A stretch of DNA of 64,000 nucleotides from Carpediemonas membranifera BICM (Eukaryota; Protista; Fornicata), in the NCBI GenBank assembly GCA_019828565.1, contig JAHDYR010000038.1:939782-1003781 (forward strand). The letters run 5' to 3'. The translations under genes and the position numbers were made by a program. A model generated the notes under the pieces. The model was not told the origin of the DNA and did no database searches. It saw only the letters and a program-made list of their open reading frames with translations. This document shows, one piece after another, positions 30,484 to 41,447 of the stretch; position 1 is the stretch's first letter, and each line of letters opens with the position of its first letter.

Positions 30484-33168
30484 TCATCCCAGCTGGGCCC
30501 GGACCCTGAGCAGGCGGATGAGTGCCCGCTGCTCCAAGGGCCCCGGGATGCGATACTTGAAAATTGCGTTGGCGAATGACTCGAATAAATCCGTCCCTGC
30601 CAAATCTAGCACACGATCGGTGACCACAGCGGCGACAGAACTGTCAACATCCATAGTCAGCCCGAGATACGTGGCGATGGTCTCCTGGGTGACCAGGTCC
30701 GACCGGCACATTGTCTTGCACAGACTAATCATCCGATCAAACAGATCAATCGCGCCCACCCCAGCCCTGTGCTCCGCCTCCAGCACCCACAGCGGGTCCT
30801 TAGCTGTTCGGGCAATGCTGCATTCAAGCGAGCGCAGGCCGAGAGTCCGGGCGTGTCCGCCAAGCCTGACAAGCATGCGGGGCCGCATATGGTGCGAGCT
30901 GCGGCGGATCTCAGCGAGGGCGGTGCTGTGTGCACGGGCGGGGTCGACTCCAATCCAACGCGCCGGGCTCGAGTCATGACTCTCCGACTCTGACTCCGAC
31001 TTTGACTCTGCCTGGGTGATCGTCCTGTGGGCAATGTACATGCAGGCCATCGCATTGAGCTCGACCAGATCCCTGGGCCCGGCCGGCGGTTGAGAGTAGT
31101 CAGCAATGAGCAGCAGCTCGTCCAGGCCAAGTGCAGGCAAGAGCGAAGCAAAGTACGCCTGGTACTCGACGACTGCGGCCCCGTGGGGCACAGTCATCAG
31201 CAACCGGACAGCAGATTCCGGGGGGAGCGCGACAATCAGGGGGCGGTTGGCCACGAGCGCGTTGATGAGATCGTTCCGGTCGAGTATGGGGAGGAGCTCC
31301 ATGAAGTCGACGCAGCCGCAGGACGCCAGGACATCAGCGATGAGCTTGGGGTACTTGCTGGCGACAGCTAGGGCCAGGCGTGAGTACCCGCACCCGAAGA
31401 TCGTGTGGACGATGTCCGGCGTGGGGGACGCGTGCAGTAGATATGCAACGATCGACTCGGCCGGAGTCAAGTCGAACAAGTCGGCAAGCGGTGTTTCCGG
31501 CACCGGCAAGCCCGTGTCATCACCGTTGACAAGCATGATAAACGCCAGAAGGCCCACAGCAACCGCCATCTCTCCACTGGGAGGCGGGTTGCCGCAAGTT
31601 TCGACGAGGCGCTGCAGCATCCATGCCCGTGCCTTCGGGTCAGGCTCAGATTCAATCATTTTCGCAGCCAAAGAACGTACCAGATGCTGTGGCCCAAGGC
31701 CCTGCTCAATGATCTGCCTGTCAAGACAGGCGAAAGCCATGACGGCGGTGCGGAACGAGGGTGGGTTGTCAGTTGCCAACCGCTCGAAGACGGAGTAAAT
31801 GTCTGCTTTGGTAGCACGCGACAGAATGGCCAGATCCTTGACAAAGCGGTCAGCAGATTCAAAATCAGATATCGGATCCTGAGATCTAGTTACCTTCTCC
31901 ATGGCGAATCTGGCAGCGCCGTTCCTGATGCTTTCCTCTAGCGAGGACGCGCTGAGGGAATACACCCTCTTGCATGTCACCAGCAGCACCCTCGGGAAGC
32001 TGACAATGGCGTCCTTCGTCGGGGGAACCTGCGGCGTGTGCATGAGCATGGTGTGTGCCGGTAGATAGTCGACGTCCTTGCTCTCCAGGGGGATGTCAAA
32101 GGTGTCCTCGAGGTAGAATGCGGAGTCCTCCGTCGACAGTCGGTTCGACAGCACCTTGACACGCACCCCAGTGTCGGTCTCAATGAGGGCGAGTGCGTAT
32201 ACGTTCCAGGGGAGCACGGCGACCACCCGCTCGCCGGGCAGACTCACGCTGCAGACACGCAGCGGGTGTACCGTCATCAGTGAGTCGTGCAGCAACATCG
32301 TCTGGTCCTCCGAGTCGAACACGCCGAGTGTGTCGTCGTCCCGGGCGGGTACGACTGAGATGTTGTGTCGAGCAGAGTCGATCGTGGCGATCGAGGACAT
32401 CAGGAACGGCCGCTTGCCCCAGTTGTCGATGACAACCGTGCCCTGGACCTCTAAGGGGAGCCGCAGGAGCGGGCCCTTGCACTGCACGAGTAGGCTGGTC
32501 CTTTGCTGCGGCTTCGAGTGCAGGATGGCGATCCCGGCGACAGGGAGACGCGGAATTGGTACGAATAGGGCTAGGGAGCCGGCGGACACGTCTATGAACG
32601 CTATGCCTGTCGATGTAACGAGGATGATGAAGTGGCGGCCGTTGGGGGCCACCCACCAGAGCGTGCGGTCGCTCAGCGCGTGGTGGTTCACCCTGGAGGA
32701 GAAGCCTAGGGTCTCAGCATCGAGTACACCGCTAAGCTTGACTGAGAATTGGGAGCATTGGGGCGTCGGCTTATTGCGGGGGTTGGCACTGCCTGGTGGA
32801 GGGATGTTGAGGGAGGGATACTCCTGTATGACGAAGGTGTAGAGGGAAGGGAAGATGTGCTCGAGGGAAAAGCAGGCGAACGTGCCCTGGACGGACGCTA
32901 GGATGACCCAGCGGGCATCTGGGGAAAAGATCATCTGAACAACCTCGCTGTTGGCTCTCTTGTGGTCCAGAGGGACGGTCCTAATGCATTTTGGGAACAT
33001 GGATATCTCAAGGCTGATTGCTAGTGATCCATTGACGCCATCGTCCATGTAGGCAGCAACGAGGTAGACGGAGCGAAAGGAGAATGATGCAACGCATCTG
33101 ATGACGACATTATTGTCTGGAGATACGTTGAGGAGCTCCTCGAGCTCTATTGGCCGGGAAGCGCTCAT
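30484..33168 (-). CDS. Hypothetical 894-aa protein (beta-propeller-like N-terminus, helical C-terminus)
   Basis: Long uninterrupted ORF with a WD40-like segment (QMIFSPDARWVILAS). Confidence 0.75.
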   Translation of the reverse strand: MSASRPIELEELLNVSPDNNVVIRCVASFSFRSVYLVAAYMDDGVNGSLAISLEISMFPKCIRTVPLDHKRANSEVVQMIFSPDARWVILASVQGTFACFSLEHIFPSLYTFVIQEYPSLNIPPPGSANPRNKPTPQCSQFSVKLSGVLDAETLGFSSRVNHHALSDRTLWWVAPNGRHFIILVTSTGIAFIDVSAGSLALFVPIPRLPVAGIAILHSKPQQRTSLLVQCKGPLLRLPLEVQGTVVIDNWGKRPFLMSSIATIDSARHNISVVPARDDDTLGVFDSEDQTMLLHDSLMTVHPLRVCSVSLPGERVVAVLPWNVYALALIETDTGVRVKVLSNRLSTEDSAFYLEDTFDIPLESKDVDYLPAHTMLMHTPQVPPTKDAIVSFPRVLLVTCKRVYSLSASSLEESIRNGAARFAMEKVTRSQDPISDFESADRFVKDLAILSRATKADIYSVFERLATDNPPSFRTAVMAFACLDRQIIEQGLGPQHLVRSLAAKMIESEPDPKARAWMLQRLVETCGNPPPSGEMAVAVGLLAFIMLVNGDDTGLPVPETPLADLFDLTPAESIVAYLLHASPTPDIVHTIFGCGYSRLALAVASKYPKLIADVLASCGCVDFMELLPILDRNDLINALVANRPLIVALPPESAVRLLMTVPHGAAVVEYQAYFASLLPALGLDELLLIADYSQPPAGPRDLVELNAMACMYIAHRTITQAESKSESESESHDSSPARWIGVDPARAHSTALAEIRRSSHHMRPRMLVRLGGHARTLGLRSLECSIARTAKDPLWVLEAEHRAGVGAIDLFDRMISLCKTMCRSDLVTQETIATYLGLTMDVDSSVAAVVTDRVLDLAGTDLFESFANAIFKYRIPGPLEQRALIRLLRVRAQLG

Positions 33169-33486
33169 CTCTCCGCGTTATGATTATGAGTCCGTGAAGC
33201 AAGTTAAAGTGCACCCCACGCCCATGTTCTTGGGGATGGTTGGGCCAGTCTGGAGCACTGTTGCTGTTCTGATAGCTGGCCCACCCCCACCGATTTGAGT
33301 CCCTTCCAGTGAGGCCAGATGAGTGGACACCCGCCCCGTTGACGACGCCCAGTCACACAGTGCGGACAAACGCCACAACGCACTCCAGTCCAAGGTCCCT
33401 GCTAGGAATGCAACATGGAAACATTTAAAACATAAAATAAAGGAAATAAGGCCGACAAGAGCTGGCTCTACATCAATAAACTACGT

Positions 33487-34305
33487 CTACACCCGCTCAT
33501 ACAACTCCCGCCGAATCTGGTTCATGTAGCGGAGTTGCACAGCCATCTCGAACGCCTCCTTGTCCTGACCGTTGTCAAGAAGCTCTCCAAGCCGCTCGAC
33601 TCTTGTAGCAATGTCCCTGTCCACATCCGAGAGCATGCCAGCCATTGCTTCAGCTGGGGCTTCCTCGATGGTCTCACGGGTCTCCATGACCTCCATGAGG
33701 AACATCGGGTCGAGGGGCACTTGTTTGCTCATGTGTTCTTCCGAGATATCAAAGCCGCGGCGGGAAAGCATGTAGAAAGCACGCTGTTCTGGGTCCCGGA
33801 GCGTCCAGTAGGCCGTGTTGAGGATAGACGAATGCTCCTCGGCCATCTCCAGCTGATCGCCGCCGTTGCTGTGGAACTTGTCGGGGTGGACATGCATTTG
33901 AAGCTTGCGGTATCTCTTCTCCAAGCTTTTGAGATCCATCTTGAACTTTTCCACAAGTCCAAGGAGCTGGAAGAATGAGGCATCCTTCTTGGGAGGCATG
34001 AGGTGGTGGCAGCTGACACAGAAGAAGTCGAACGGCTTGCTCTTGTTCGAAGAATGGGGGCAGCCGCACGAGCAGCACACGATGCTCCCGGCGGACAGAT
34101 CGTCGATATTGTAGCTCTCTTCAGAGAACTGAGGGCAGGTGATGCATGTCTCGGAGCTTGGCGTCTTGCACTCGCTGCCAAGCTCTTGTGCAAGCGACGG
34201 ATGGGCAGAGGCAGCATTTGAAAATGGGCGTACGTTGAAAATATTGCTCAGAGCAGGAGCAAATGTTGAACTGGAAAGGAATTGGCTCGTAAACCCGGAA
34301 AGCAT
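33487..34305 (-). CDS. HSCB: Fe-S cluster co-chaperone HscB/Hsc20/Jac1 with a putative organellar presequence
   Basis: J-domain YRKLQMHVHPDKF, LNTAYWTLRDP..RA.Y, FLMEVMETRE, Cys pairs, and a Ser/Phe-rich N-terminus lacking acidic residues. Alternative start at 34329. Confidence 0.92.
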   Translation of the reverse strand: MLSGFTSQFLSSSTFAPALSNIFNVRPFSNAASAHPSLAQELGSECKTPSSETCITCPQFSEESYNIDDLSAGSIVCCSCGCPHSSNKSKPFDFFCVSCHHLMPPKKDASFFQLLGLVEKFKMDLKSLEKRYRKLQMHVHPDKFHSNGGDQLEMAEEHSSILNTAYWTLRDPEQRAFYMLSRRGFDISEEHMSKQVPLDPMFLMEVMETRETIEEAPAEAMAGMLSDVDRDIATRVERLGELLDNGQDKEAFEMAVQLRYMNQIRRELYERV

Positions 34306-34420
34306 GGTTCTTCGTTGATCCGCATACATGACGCAATGTAGCGCACATCAACGGCGATAAAAATGTTTAACATAGCTACTATCAATACGCAGCGAGCCCA
34401 TGGCTTCCCAGCCCCGTCAT

Positions 34421-35236
34421 TCAGACCTTCCCCTTGTACTCGATCTTAACCTTGGCCACGACGTCCTGCGCGGTCATGCAGTCCGGGTAGACCGACTGCC
34501 AGTCATTCATGTGTTTGTGGGAGGTCAGGATGTGGTTGTAAAGGTGTTCCTTTCGAACAAACGTCTCACCGCACTGTGGCATGCGGCAGACGAACGGCCT
34601 GTCTCCTGTGTGCTTTCGTTTGTGAAAAATAAGCCTCTCCTTGCGACTAAAGGCCCTTCCACAGCCTTCCCACTCACATATCCACTGGTTCTCGCAGTGT
34701 ACCTCCTTCATGTGGCGCTTAAGCTGCCCATTCGTCCCAAATGTTCGCTTACACTGGCTGCAAATGTACTTATCGAACGGATGGTTCTCATTGACATGCT
34801 GTACTATCTGAAGCACGCTCTTGACTACGACGTGGCAGTATGGGCATTGGATGTCCATTGCATGGTCGGGCATGTTCTCGAGCTGATCCATTGCCGCTTT
34901 CATATCGCTCATCGGAGCACGCATGTGCGCGTTCAGGCGGTTTTTAGAGCCGTTGGGGCGGAGAACGGGCTTGAGCCTGAGCGCTGTGGGGAGGGGGGCC
35001 TTTGGATGGCTCATGGACGGCATTGAATGGGTATCGGTGCTTATTGGGGGGATGGGTGTCGGCTGTGGGGGTCCAAGATGCGCGTTCATAAGAATAGAGG
35101 GCTCGCGGAACGGTAGCGTGTCCAAATCATGGTCAATTTGCAGTTTGTGGTGATAGCCGGTGGGATCGACGCTGAGATTCGGCCCATCCATCATATGATG
35201 ACGCTTATCGATGATAAAGTCATCATCTCCGAACAT
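34421..35236 (-). CDS. C2H2 zinc-finger transcription factor (4 fingers)
   Basis: CPYC..H...H, CSQC..H...H, CEWEGC..H...H, TGDRPF linker, CRMPQC. Confidence 0.92.
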   Translation of the reverse strand: MFGDDDFIIDKRHHMMDGPNLSVDPTGYHHKLQIDHDLDTLPFREPSILMNAHLGPPQPTPIPPISTDTHSMPSMSHPKAPLPTALRLKPVLRPNGSKNRLNAHMRAPMSDMKAAMDQLENMPDHAMDIQCPYCHVVVKSVLQIVQHVNENHPFDKYICSQCKRTFGTNGQLKRHMKEVHCENQWICEWEGCGRAFSRKERLIFHKRKHTGDRPFVCRMPQCGETFVRKEHLYNHILTSHKHMNDWQSVYPDCMTAQDVVAKVKIEYKGKV

Positions 35237-35667
35237 TCTGCTCTGTTTGCCTCAAACACTGGCAGTTTCGATTATTGTCCAGAAGTCGGCATCGAAAATG
35301 AACCAATCATCGCGCGTTGATCCGGGTCGAACAGCCTGCAAGTGTCGCGGTGGGTGGCGATGCTCGTGTGAAGAGTGCCGGGCCCAAAGCCGTGATTATT
35401 GGTATGACCAGACGAACGCCGGCTTGTCTGTGCGATGACCACAGACTCTTGCCTGTTCCCTGGCCGCGGACTCATTCACACTGTCGGGCAGCCGTGGGCC
35501 TGAGCCGGCGATTGGGGAGGTGGTCAGGGCCCTGTATCAACACAGCCACGCATTCTTACGGTGACTTTTATCCCAAATAATCAAATCTACACGCCAACGC
35601 AAAAACCAATCTAGCAAAAACTACACCCAAAGTCAAGAAACAATCAAATCGAAACGATAACAACGGG

Positions 35668-37437
35668 TCACACATCCGCGGTCTCGTAAGGCAGCAAGCT
35701 CAGCTTCCTCCTCTTTCTCTCCCCGATATCAGAGTCGGAGTCAGAGTCGCTGAAGTCGAGAATCAAGTCGTTCTCCAGCTCATCCCCGGTGACATTGTAA
35801 ATCACAGCCGGAGGCAGGGCAAGCGCGGCTCTCTCCTTGGCGTGTGCGACCATGCTGCTGCGGGCATTCGCTGACTGGGCACACTGATCGAGGAGCGTCG
35901 CCCAATTCTCGACCGAGCGAACTCTGCTCTCGTTACAGGCCTCAGCAGCCTCCTTGAACGACCGCACCCGCTTATAAACGCCGACTGGGTCGACCCGAAT
36001 CAGCCGATGGAGGGCCTTGGCGGCTGGTTTGGCCAAGCCCTCGTTCCAGTGGGCTAGAATCACGTATGCAAGGGGGTGGACGAGCCGGTCGAGCATCGGG
36101 CCAGGGAACAATGCGAGCACACGCGTGAGGAAGAGGTCTTCGCTATTCAAAATCGCGATCGCGCGGTCAGAGATACGGAAATTATCGGATCTGATGCACT
36201 CGGGGAGAATCTTGAGGAGCATGGGAGCGATGGCGGGATATACATCTGGTGCAACTACACCCGCGATACACTCGAGCTCGTCAAGGAAGAACACTGCCTT
36301 GGCCGTGCAGGTTTGCGGGAAGACTCGGCAGAGATATGAGACAATGTCAACGCCCAGGAGTCCGCTGAACCTGGCCATCTGCACGGAGCACCGCAGCAGC
36401 TGCTCACTGAATGAGGAGATGTTATCCGCCTTGTGCAGGGGCAGCAGGGTCTGCTTGAACAGACTCGCGTGCTCAGGCTTGAGAGGCATCGAAAACCCGT
36501 TGATTATTGAGCTATAGATCTCCAAAAACTCGGGAATACCGCTAAATGGTTGTGAGGTGGCCATGAAGGTATGTATGGCGGCGTTCATCTGGCGTCTGAT
36601 GAGGGGACGGTAGGCCGTCGCCTCGACGTAAATTCGATGGAGCGCGGTCTTCAGATAGTCCAGCTCGCGCGTATCTTCGGTGCTGAACTGGCCAATGAGC
36701 TTGGATATGAAGGAGGGCGGGAGCATCCTGTGGAACTGCTTCCGATCCATCGGGGACACCAGCACGCGGAGGAAAATCTCATAAATGGGCTGAAGAATCG
36801 GCCAGTTATGGTCAAGCTTGGGCTCATAGTAGGCCGGGTCAACTCCATCCGACTCTAGCCCGGACGCGGGCAGCGGTCTGAAGACGTTTGCCTGGAACAT
36901 TCGAAAGAACGCCACGAGGGCCTCGGGCGTCCACAAGGGCCTGTCTGAGCTGCTAGGGAGTTGGGGGTTCTCGATATATCGCAGTATATCCATCAAGGCT
37001 TGGCGCTTCATTTCGCAGTAGGCATAAGTTCGCGAATTGGAAGCTGCGTCGTCAACGATGGGATTGGCACAGGTGCACTGCTTTAGCTTGCGGATTAAGA
37101 GTACTGGACGCTCTGTGCGTGGAACAATATTGAAATTAGGTAGCAGAAACGTATCAGAGAGGACATTCGGCTTACCGCTCGTGTCAACACTGAAAAAGTT
37201 CGCCAGAATTGGTGGCTTTTCACTAAAACTGGAATGCCTTCGACGCTTGTATTCCATTGGTGTCATGCAACCGTCTAGCGGTACCAGAAGGCACCATTCA
37301 GCTTTAGCTTCAATCTCAGCTTTTTTCTTGCACTCTCCCGGGCGGTCAAGAATCGAAATCCAGAAAGACTGGATCGCGACACCGGCTCTACTGCCCACCG
37401 GGGCCGTATCGGATATTTGCTTGGCCGGCATTGCCAT
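35668..37437 (-). CDS. PP2A regulatory subunit B' (B56)
   Basis: KLKQC, NVFRPLP, WPILQPIYEIF, EDTRELDYLKTALHRIY, INGFSMPLKPEH, HWN. Start codon uncertain. Confidence 0.93.
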   Translation of the reverse strand: MAMPAKQISDTAPVGSRAGVAIQSFWISILDRPGECKKKAEIEAKAEWCLLVPLDGCMTPMEYKRRRHSSFSEKPPILANFFSVDTSGKPNVLSDTFLLPNFNIVPRTERPVLLIRKLKQCTCANPIVDDAASNSRTYAYCEMKRQALMDILRYIENPQLPSSSDRPLWTPEALVAFFRMFQANVFRPLPASGLESDGVDPAYYEPKLDHNWPILQPIYEIFLRVLVSPMDRKQFHRMLPPSFISKLIGQFSTEDTRELDYLKTALHRIYVEATAYRPLIRRQMNAAIHTFMATSQPFSGIPEFLEIYSSIINGFSMPLKPEHASLFKQTLLPLHKADNISSFSEQLLRCSVQMARFSGLLGVDIVSYLCRVFPQTCTAKAVFFLDELECIAGVVAPDVYPAIAPMLLKILPECIRSDNFRISDRAIAILNSEDLFLTRVLALFPGPMLDRLVHPLAYVILAHWNEGLAKPAAKALHRLIRVDPVGVYKRVRSFKEAAEACNESRVRSVENWATLLDQCAQSANARSSMVAHAKERAALALPPAVIYNVTGDELENDLILDFSDSDSDSDIGERKRRKLSLLPYETADV

Positions 37438-37790
37438 GGATTGCGGGGTTCATTTTTTGCGGGAGTGTGTCTTAAAGTGCGGTGACCATGGCGGAACCAC
37501 TGCCGTTGGAGTAGAAGTAGTTCTGCCGTTGAGGTGCTGATTGTAAACATCCATGTTGCTGGGCTTGGAATTTCAGGAGGTTCTTTGTAATCAAAAGATC
37601 ACGGAGCTAAGCATCTGGAATATGCACGTTTCGGCCATTTGGTTGGCATCTGGCGGCGTGGTTAGGGTCCTGCTGCCACGAACAACCCATTGCCTCAGCG
37701 TGCCAGACATGCCTTATAATATTGTCGCGGATTATCTCAGGAACTCGGTCAATTCCGGTCAAAGTTACAGAATTTACCTCTTTCGTCGCT

Positions 37791-38669
37791 CTAGACGTGG
37801 CATCCAGTGGCAAAGTGCGGCTTAAGGCCGAGTGCCCAGACAAGCAGCCACATGATAATGGACGAGTTGATCGGAATCATAAAATTGTCGTTGACGATAA
37901 ACAACGTGCCATTGCACCATAACTCAGTGAACCCGCACACGATGGCCCCCGCCAATGCGACGAGGACGGCGTAAAGAGGGCTGACCTTGAAGAGCAGGAG
38001 GCAGACCGTGCCGATGGTCGTGCAGATGCCGATGCAGCCAAGGAGCCCCTCGAGGGTCTTGGACTGGTAGATGCGGTGCCGACCAGCGATCATGCCGACC
38101 ATTGCAGCGAATAGATCGCCGTACACTAGGTACAGGATGGCGATGCAGGCAAGGGGTGGCGGGAAGATGGCGAGAGTCGCTGCGCACCCAGAAAAGTAGT
38201 ATGTTGTCCCGCTCACCTTGTTGTACTCCTTCTCGCGCATGATTGAGCCGAAGACGGAGATGAACCACTTGTTCACAGCCTCGGATGTGAAGCGGCTCAA
38301 CTCGATACAAACGACAATCGTGGCCAAGAAAACGATGATGCCGACAAACAGGAGTCGCGGGAGGACGTTGAGGGAGGTGGAGCCGTAGTAGAGGAGGGGA
38401 ATCGCTGTTCCCGCAAGGTGGAATTTCTTGCGGCGGAGCTCAAGTATTACCTTTGTTCTTTTGTCTGACGAAAGGCGGACATAGGTGATAAAGGAGTTGA
38501 AAGTGCCAAAATGCTTGGCCAGAAAGTACAGACCGGCGAAAAGAAAGGTCAGCGAAAGCGTCGTGTAGAAATACGGATCGCTCAGTGCTTTGAAGTTGAT
38601 CGCCCACGGAATAAAATGGAACGTCGATCCCTCAAACCCTTGCGCTACCCAATCTATATCTATTTTCAT
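37791..38669 (-). CDS. CTP-dependent diacylglycerol/dolichol/phytol kinase family (DGK1-like)
   Basis: ELRRKKFH, MREKE..VSGT, GDLFAAMVG, KTLEG, DNFMIP. Confidence 0.88.
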   Translation of the reverse strand: MKIDIDWVAQGFEGSTFHFIPWAINFKALSDPYFYTTLSLTFLFAGLYFLAKHFGTFNSFITYVRLSSDKRTKVILELRRKKFHLAGTAIPLLYYGSTSLNVLPRLLFVGIIVFLATIVVCIELSRFTSEAVNKWFISVFGSIMREKEYNKVSGTTYYFSGCAATLAIFPPPLACIAILYLVYGDLFAAMVGMIAGRHRIYQSKTLEGLLGCIGICTTIGTVCLLLFKVSPLYAVLVALAGAIVCGFTELWCNGTLFIVNDNFMIPINSSIIMWLLVWALGLKPHFATGCHV

Positions 38670-38796
38670 TCGATCGAAGACGGCGCGAAGCGGCGAGAAA
38701 AAAGCCTACCAAAGACATAAACTGCACACAACTCTCGAGCGGACTGCGCAGAACCAAGAGGGGCCGAGCTCAGCTGTTACAATACATGTTTTACAC

Positions 38797-41076
38797 CTAC
38801 GCCTTGAGTGCCCGGAGCTCTGTACTGAGGACCTCCACGGCCTTGCTAAATGTCACCTTGTCGTGCTGCCGCGCCCCCGAGGCCTCAATAAATTTCAGCA
38901 CTTCAGCCTGAGTCACGTCGGGCGACACGGTGCTGATAAAGTGGCCAAACTGATCAGTGGTCAGCGCACCATCGCCGTCCTGGTCGAACTGCCGGAACAG
39001 AGTCCTGAACTTCATCAGGTACCTGTCATGGCCGAGCATCTGGAACTCCAGCACAGTCGAGATAAACTGGGCAAACGGAATGACGTGCTTCCCCTGGTTG
39101 GCAGGCCCCGTCGCCGCCTTGCTGCGACCCTTGAGCGTGGCAATGAGGGCGAGACAGTCGTCGTGCCCGTACATGGCCCGGACGACTTCCACCCACTCGT
39201 CGTCGGGCACCAGGCCCTTGAGGCGGGACTGGAGCTTCGACTCGACTGCGGGATCGTGCCGGCCGCGGTGGTCGAACTTGTTGGCGATCACGTTCGCGAG
39301 GAGCTCGGCGATGGACTGCTTCAGATCCTGGACGACGGAGTAGAAGCTCTCGTCGATGTCGTTCCTGAGCATTTTAAGGAACAACTTGCACTCGATGTCT
39401 GTCTTCTCGCGCTGCCTCAAGGCGTGTCTGAGCGACGCCGCCCAGTCCATCACCAGCTGTCTCAGGCCGTAGCGGTGGTTCAGATAGCTGAACAGGTGCT
39501 CCTGGAGCGTCTCTGGCGGCAGACCGTGCGTCTTGACCTTCTCGTCGTACTCCGTCTTCGACCTCATCACAGACTGGATGAAGTCGGTCACCTGTCGGTC
39601 CGAGAGGTAGCGGATCTGCCCAGGCTCCGTCGTGCCCTTCTGCTGGTCGTTAGTGCGAAGACCTCGGACAGATGGGGGCCGGGTCGAGTGCGGCGTCGGC
39701 TTGGGCTTGGCGCCGAGCGTCGTGGGCTTCGGCTTGGATTCAAGCGTCTTGATGCGGACTGAAAGCCGCTCGTTCTCGCTCTTCACTTTGCCGAGCTCTT
39801 CGATCATCTTGCGGCGGTCCTCCTCGTACTCCTCGACGATCCTGCGCTTCTCGGCGCCGTGGGTCTCGATCTCCTGCATCAGCAGCTCGCTGGCCCTCAT
39901 CAACTCCTGGACCTGCGCCTGCCCGGCCTGCCTCGTCTCCCCGACGAGCTCGTGGAGTTCCATGGCGACATGGGACGAATGAAGGGCGAGACGCTCGATG
40001 AACAGGGCTAGCAGCGGGTCCGTCGGGTATATGTTGTGGGCCGCCACCCGCCCCAGGCGAGAGACTGTGGCTGCCTGGCCGGCGAGGATGGTCTCGGGCT
40101 GGGTGTCGATTGCGGCGTGTCGGGCGGCGGCGTGTTCCAGGGTCGACTCCGCCGTGTGTGGACCATCGGGCAGGATGGTGCCGATGTCCGAGATCTGGTC
40201 GATCGCGGCCTGGTGGGTCGCTACAGCCTCAGGGTCGGCTGGATCGTGGGCTTCCCAGTCGGAGAGGTCCAGCAGTTCGGGGAAGTCATCCGACTCGGCG
40301 TCGGAGTACAGGGCCTGCTCGGGCTCCTCGGTAGAGTCTGGCTCGGCTCTATCAGCGTTCACGCGGTCTCTGGTGAGGGGCTCGATGTCTTCCCGACCCT
40401 CGCCCTCATATTCTCTCTTGAGATATTCATCGTATGCCGCCTCGTCCATCGCCTCAGGCTCGGGGATGCCTTTGAACCCGGGGCTACTGTCTTCACCCTC
40501 CTCATCGCTGGCAAAGAAGCTGGCAGTCCCCTTGTAGTCGGGCGTCGCCATGAACTCCGGCTTTGAGTCGGCACCGAAGAATGACTTTGATAGCATGGCT
40601 GTTCTATCCTGTGCATGATGATACAGGACCGTCCATTCATCGCCCACACATGCTCGGATGCGGCCAGGTTGGACTTCGGCCGAGGGCGGCGCGGACTCTG
40701 GCTGGAAGCGGAAGCCCGGGACGAACTTGGTGCGGGGCTTGTCATTGAGTGTCTGGAGACCCGGCAGCTCCTGGAAGATGGTCTCTTCGTCGGTAGGATC
40801 GGCTATGGTTACTCGGAGATGCTTGAGGCGCGGTAGACGATTGAGACTGTCGGTGAGCTCGTCGATGTGCTCAATTGGAGTGCTCTGGTCCGAGAAATCA
40901 ACGACTTCGAGGCTCTCGAACTGGTTGAGATCCGGAATGGCTGTGATGTTGTTCTTCCGGGCATAGAGGGCCTTAAGAGAGGTCAAACCGACAAGTTCAT
41001 CCAGATATTCCTGTGATATCTCATCCCATCCTTGTCCGTCGAACGCTATTGCCGACGTTGTGGAATGAAAGAGCAT
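38797..41076 (-). CDS. LRR, coiled-coil and EF-hand protein (5' end uncertain)
   Basis: LTSLKALYARKNNITAIPDL LRRs, a central coiled coil, and FDQDGDGALTTDQF EF-hand. Confidence 0.8.
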   Translation of the reverse strand: MLFHSTTSAIAFDGQGWDEISQEYLDELVGLTSLKALYARKNNITAIPDLNQFESLEVVDFSDQSTPIEHIDELTDSLNRLPRLKHLRVTIADPTDEETIFQELPGLQTLNDKPRTKFVPGFRFQPESAPPSAEVQPGRIRACVGDEWTVLYHHAQDRTAMLSKSFFGADSKPEFMATPDYKGTASFFASDEEGEDSSPGFKGIPEPEAMDEAAYDEYLKREYEGEGREDIEPLTRDRVNADRAEPDSTEEPEQALYSDAESDDFPELLDLSDWEAHDPADPEAVATHQAAIDQISDIGTILPDGPHTAESTLEHAAARHAAIDTQPETILAGQAATVSRLGRVAAHNIYPTDPLLALFIERLALHSSHVAMELHELVGETRQAGQAQVQELMRASELLMQEIETHGAEKRRIVEEYEEDRRKMIEELGKVKSENERLSVRIKTLESKPKPTTLGAKPKPTPHSTRPPSVRGLRTNDQQKGTTEPGQIRYLSDRQVTDFIQSVMRSKTEYDEKVKTHGLPPETLQEHLFSYLNHRYGLRQLVMDWAASLRHALRQREKTDIECKLFLKMLRNDIDESFYSVVQDLKQSIAELLANVIANKFDHRGRHDPAVESKLQSRLKGLVPDDEWVEVVRAMYGHDDCLALIATLKGRSKAATGPANQGKHVIPFAQFISTVLEFQMLGHDRYLMKFRTLFRQFDQDGDGALTTDQFGHFISTVSPDVTQAEVLKFIEASGARQHDKVTFSKAVEVLSTELRALKA

Positions 41077-41447
41077 TCGATTTAATGACTATAAACTGCA
41101 CGGCCAAGAAAGTGATCAGCGCACGCGCCCTGAAGTACATACAGCGTAGATACACTGCCGCGATCACTGTCAGTGGCAAGAATCGTTCGAGTCATCGATA
41201 CCCCGCATCCGAAACAACCAGGACGAGGGTTTACCATTAACAGACATCTGCAGCTCAGAGCTTGATCCTGACCTCGGGCCGCTCCATCTTCGTCCGGGCC
41301 ACGTCCTTGTTCGACCCGGAGGCTCGTTCTGCAAAAAAAAGCACGAGATGGATTGCAAAATATGTAATAGAAACAGAAGGTAGAAGGGGGCTTGGGATTT
41401 GGAGCGGTGGTTTGGCGCTGGCGTCTTCAAAACCTGCAGGCAAGTCA

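Noticed and set aside
38590-39762. 390-aa plus-strand ORF (likewise 41748-42887, 14089-14610, 25878-26708 and 34400-35026)
   Set aside because: Antisense shadows of minus-strand genes with biased codon usage.
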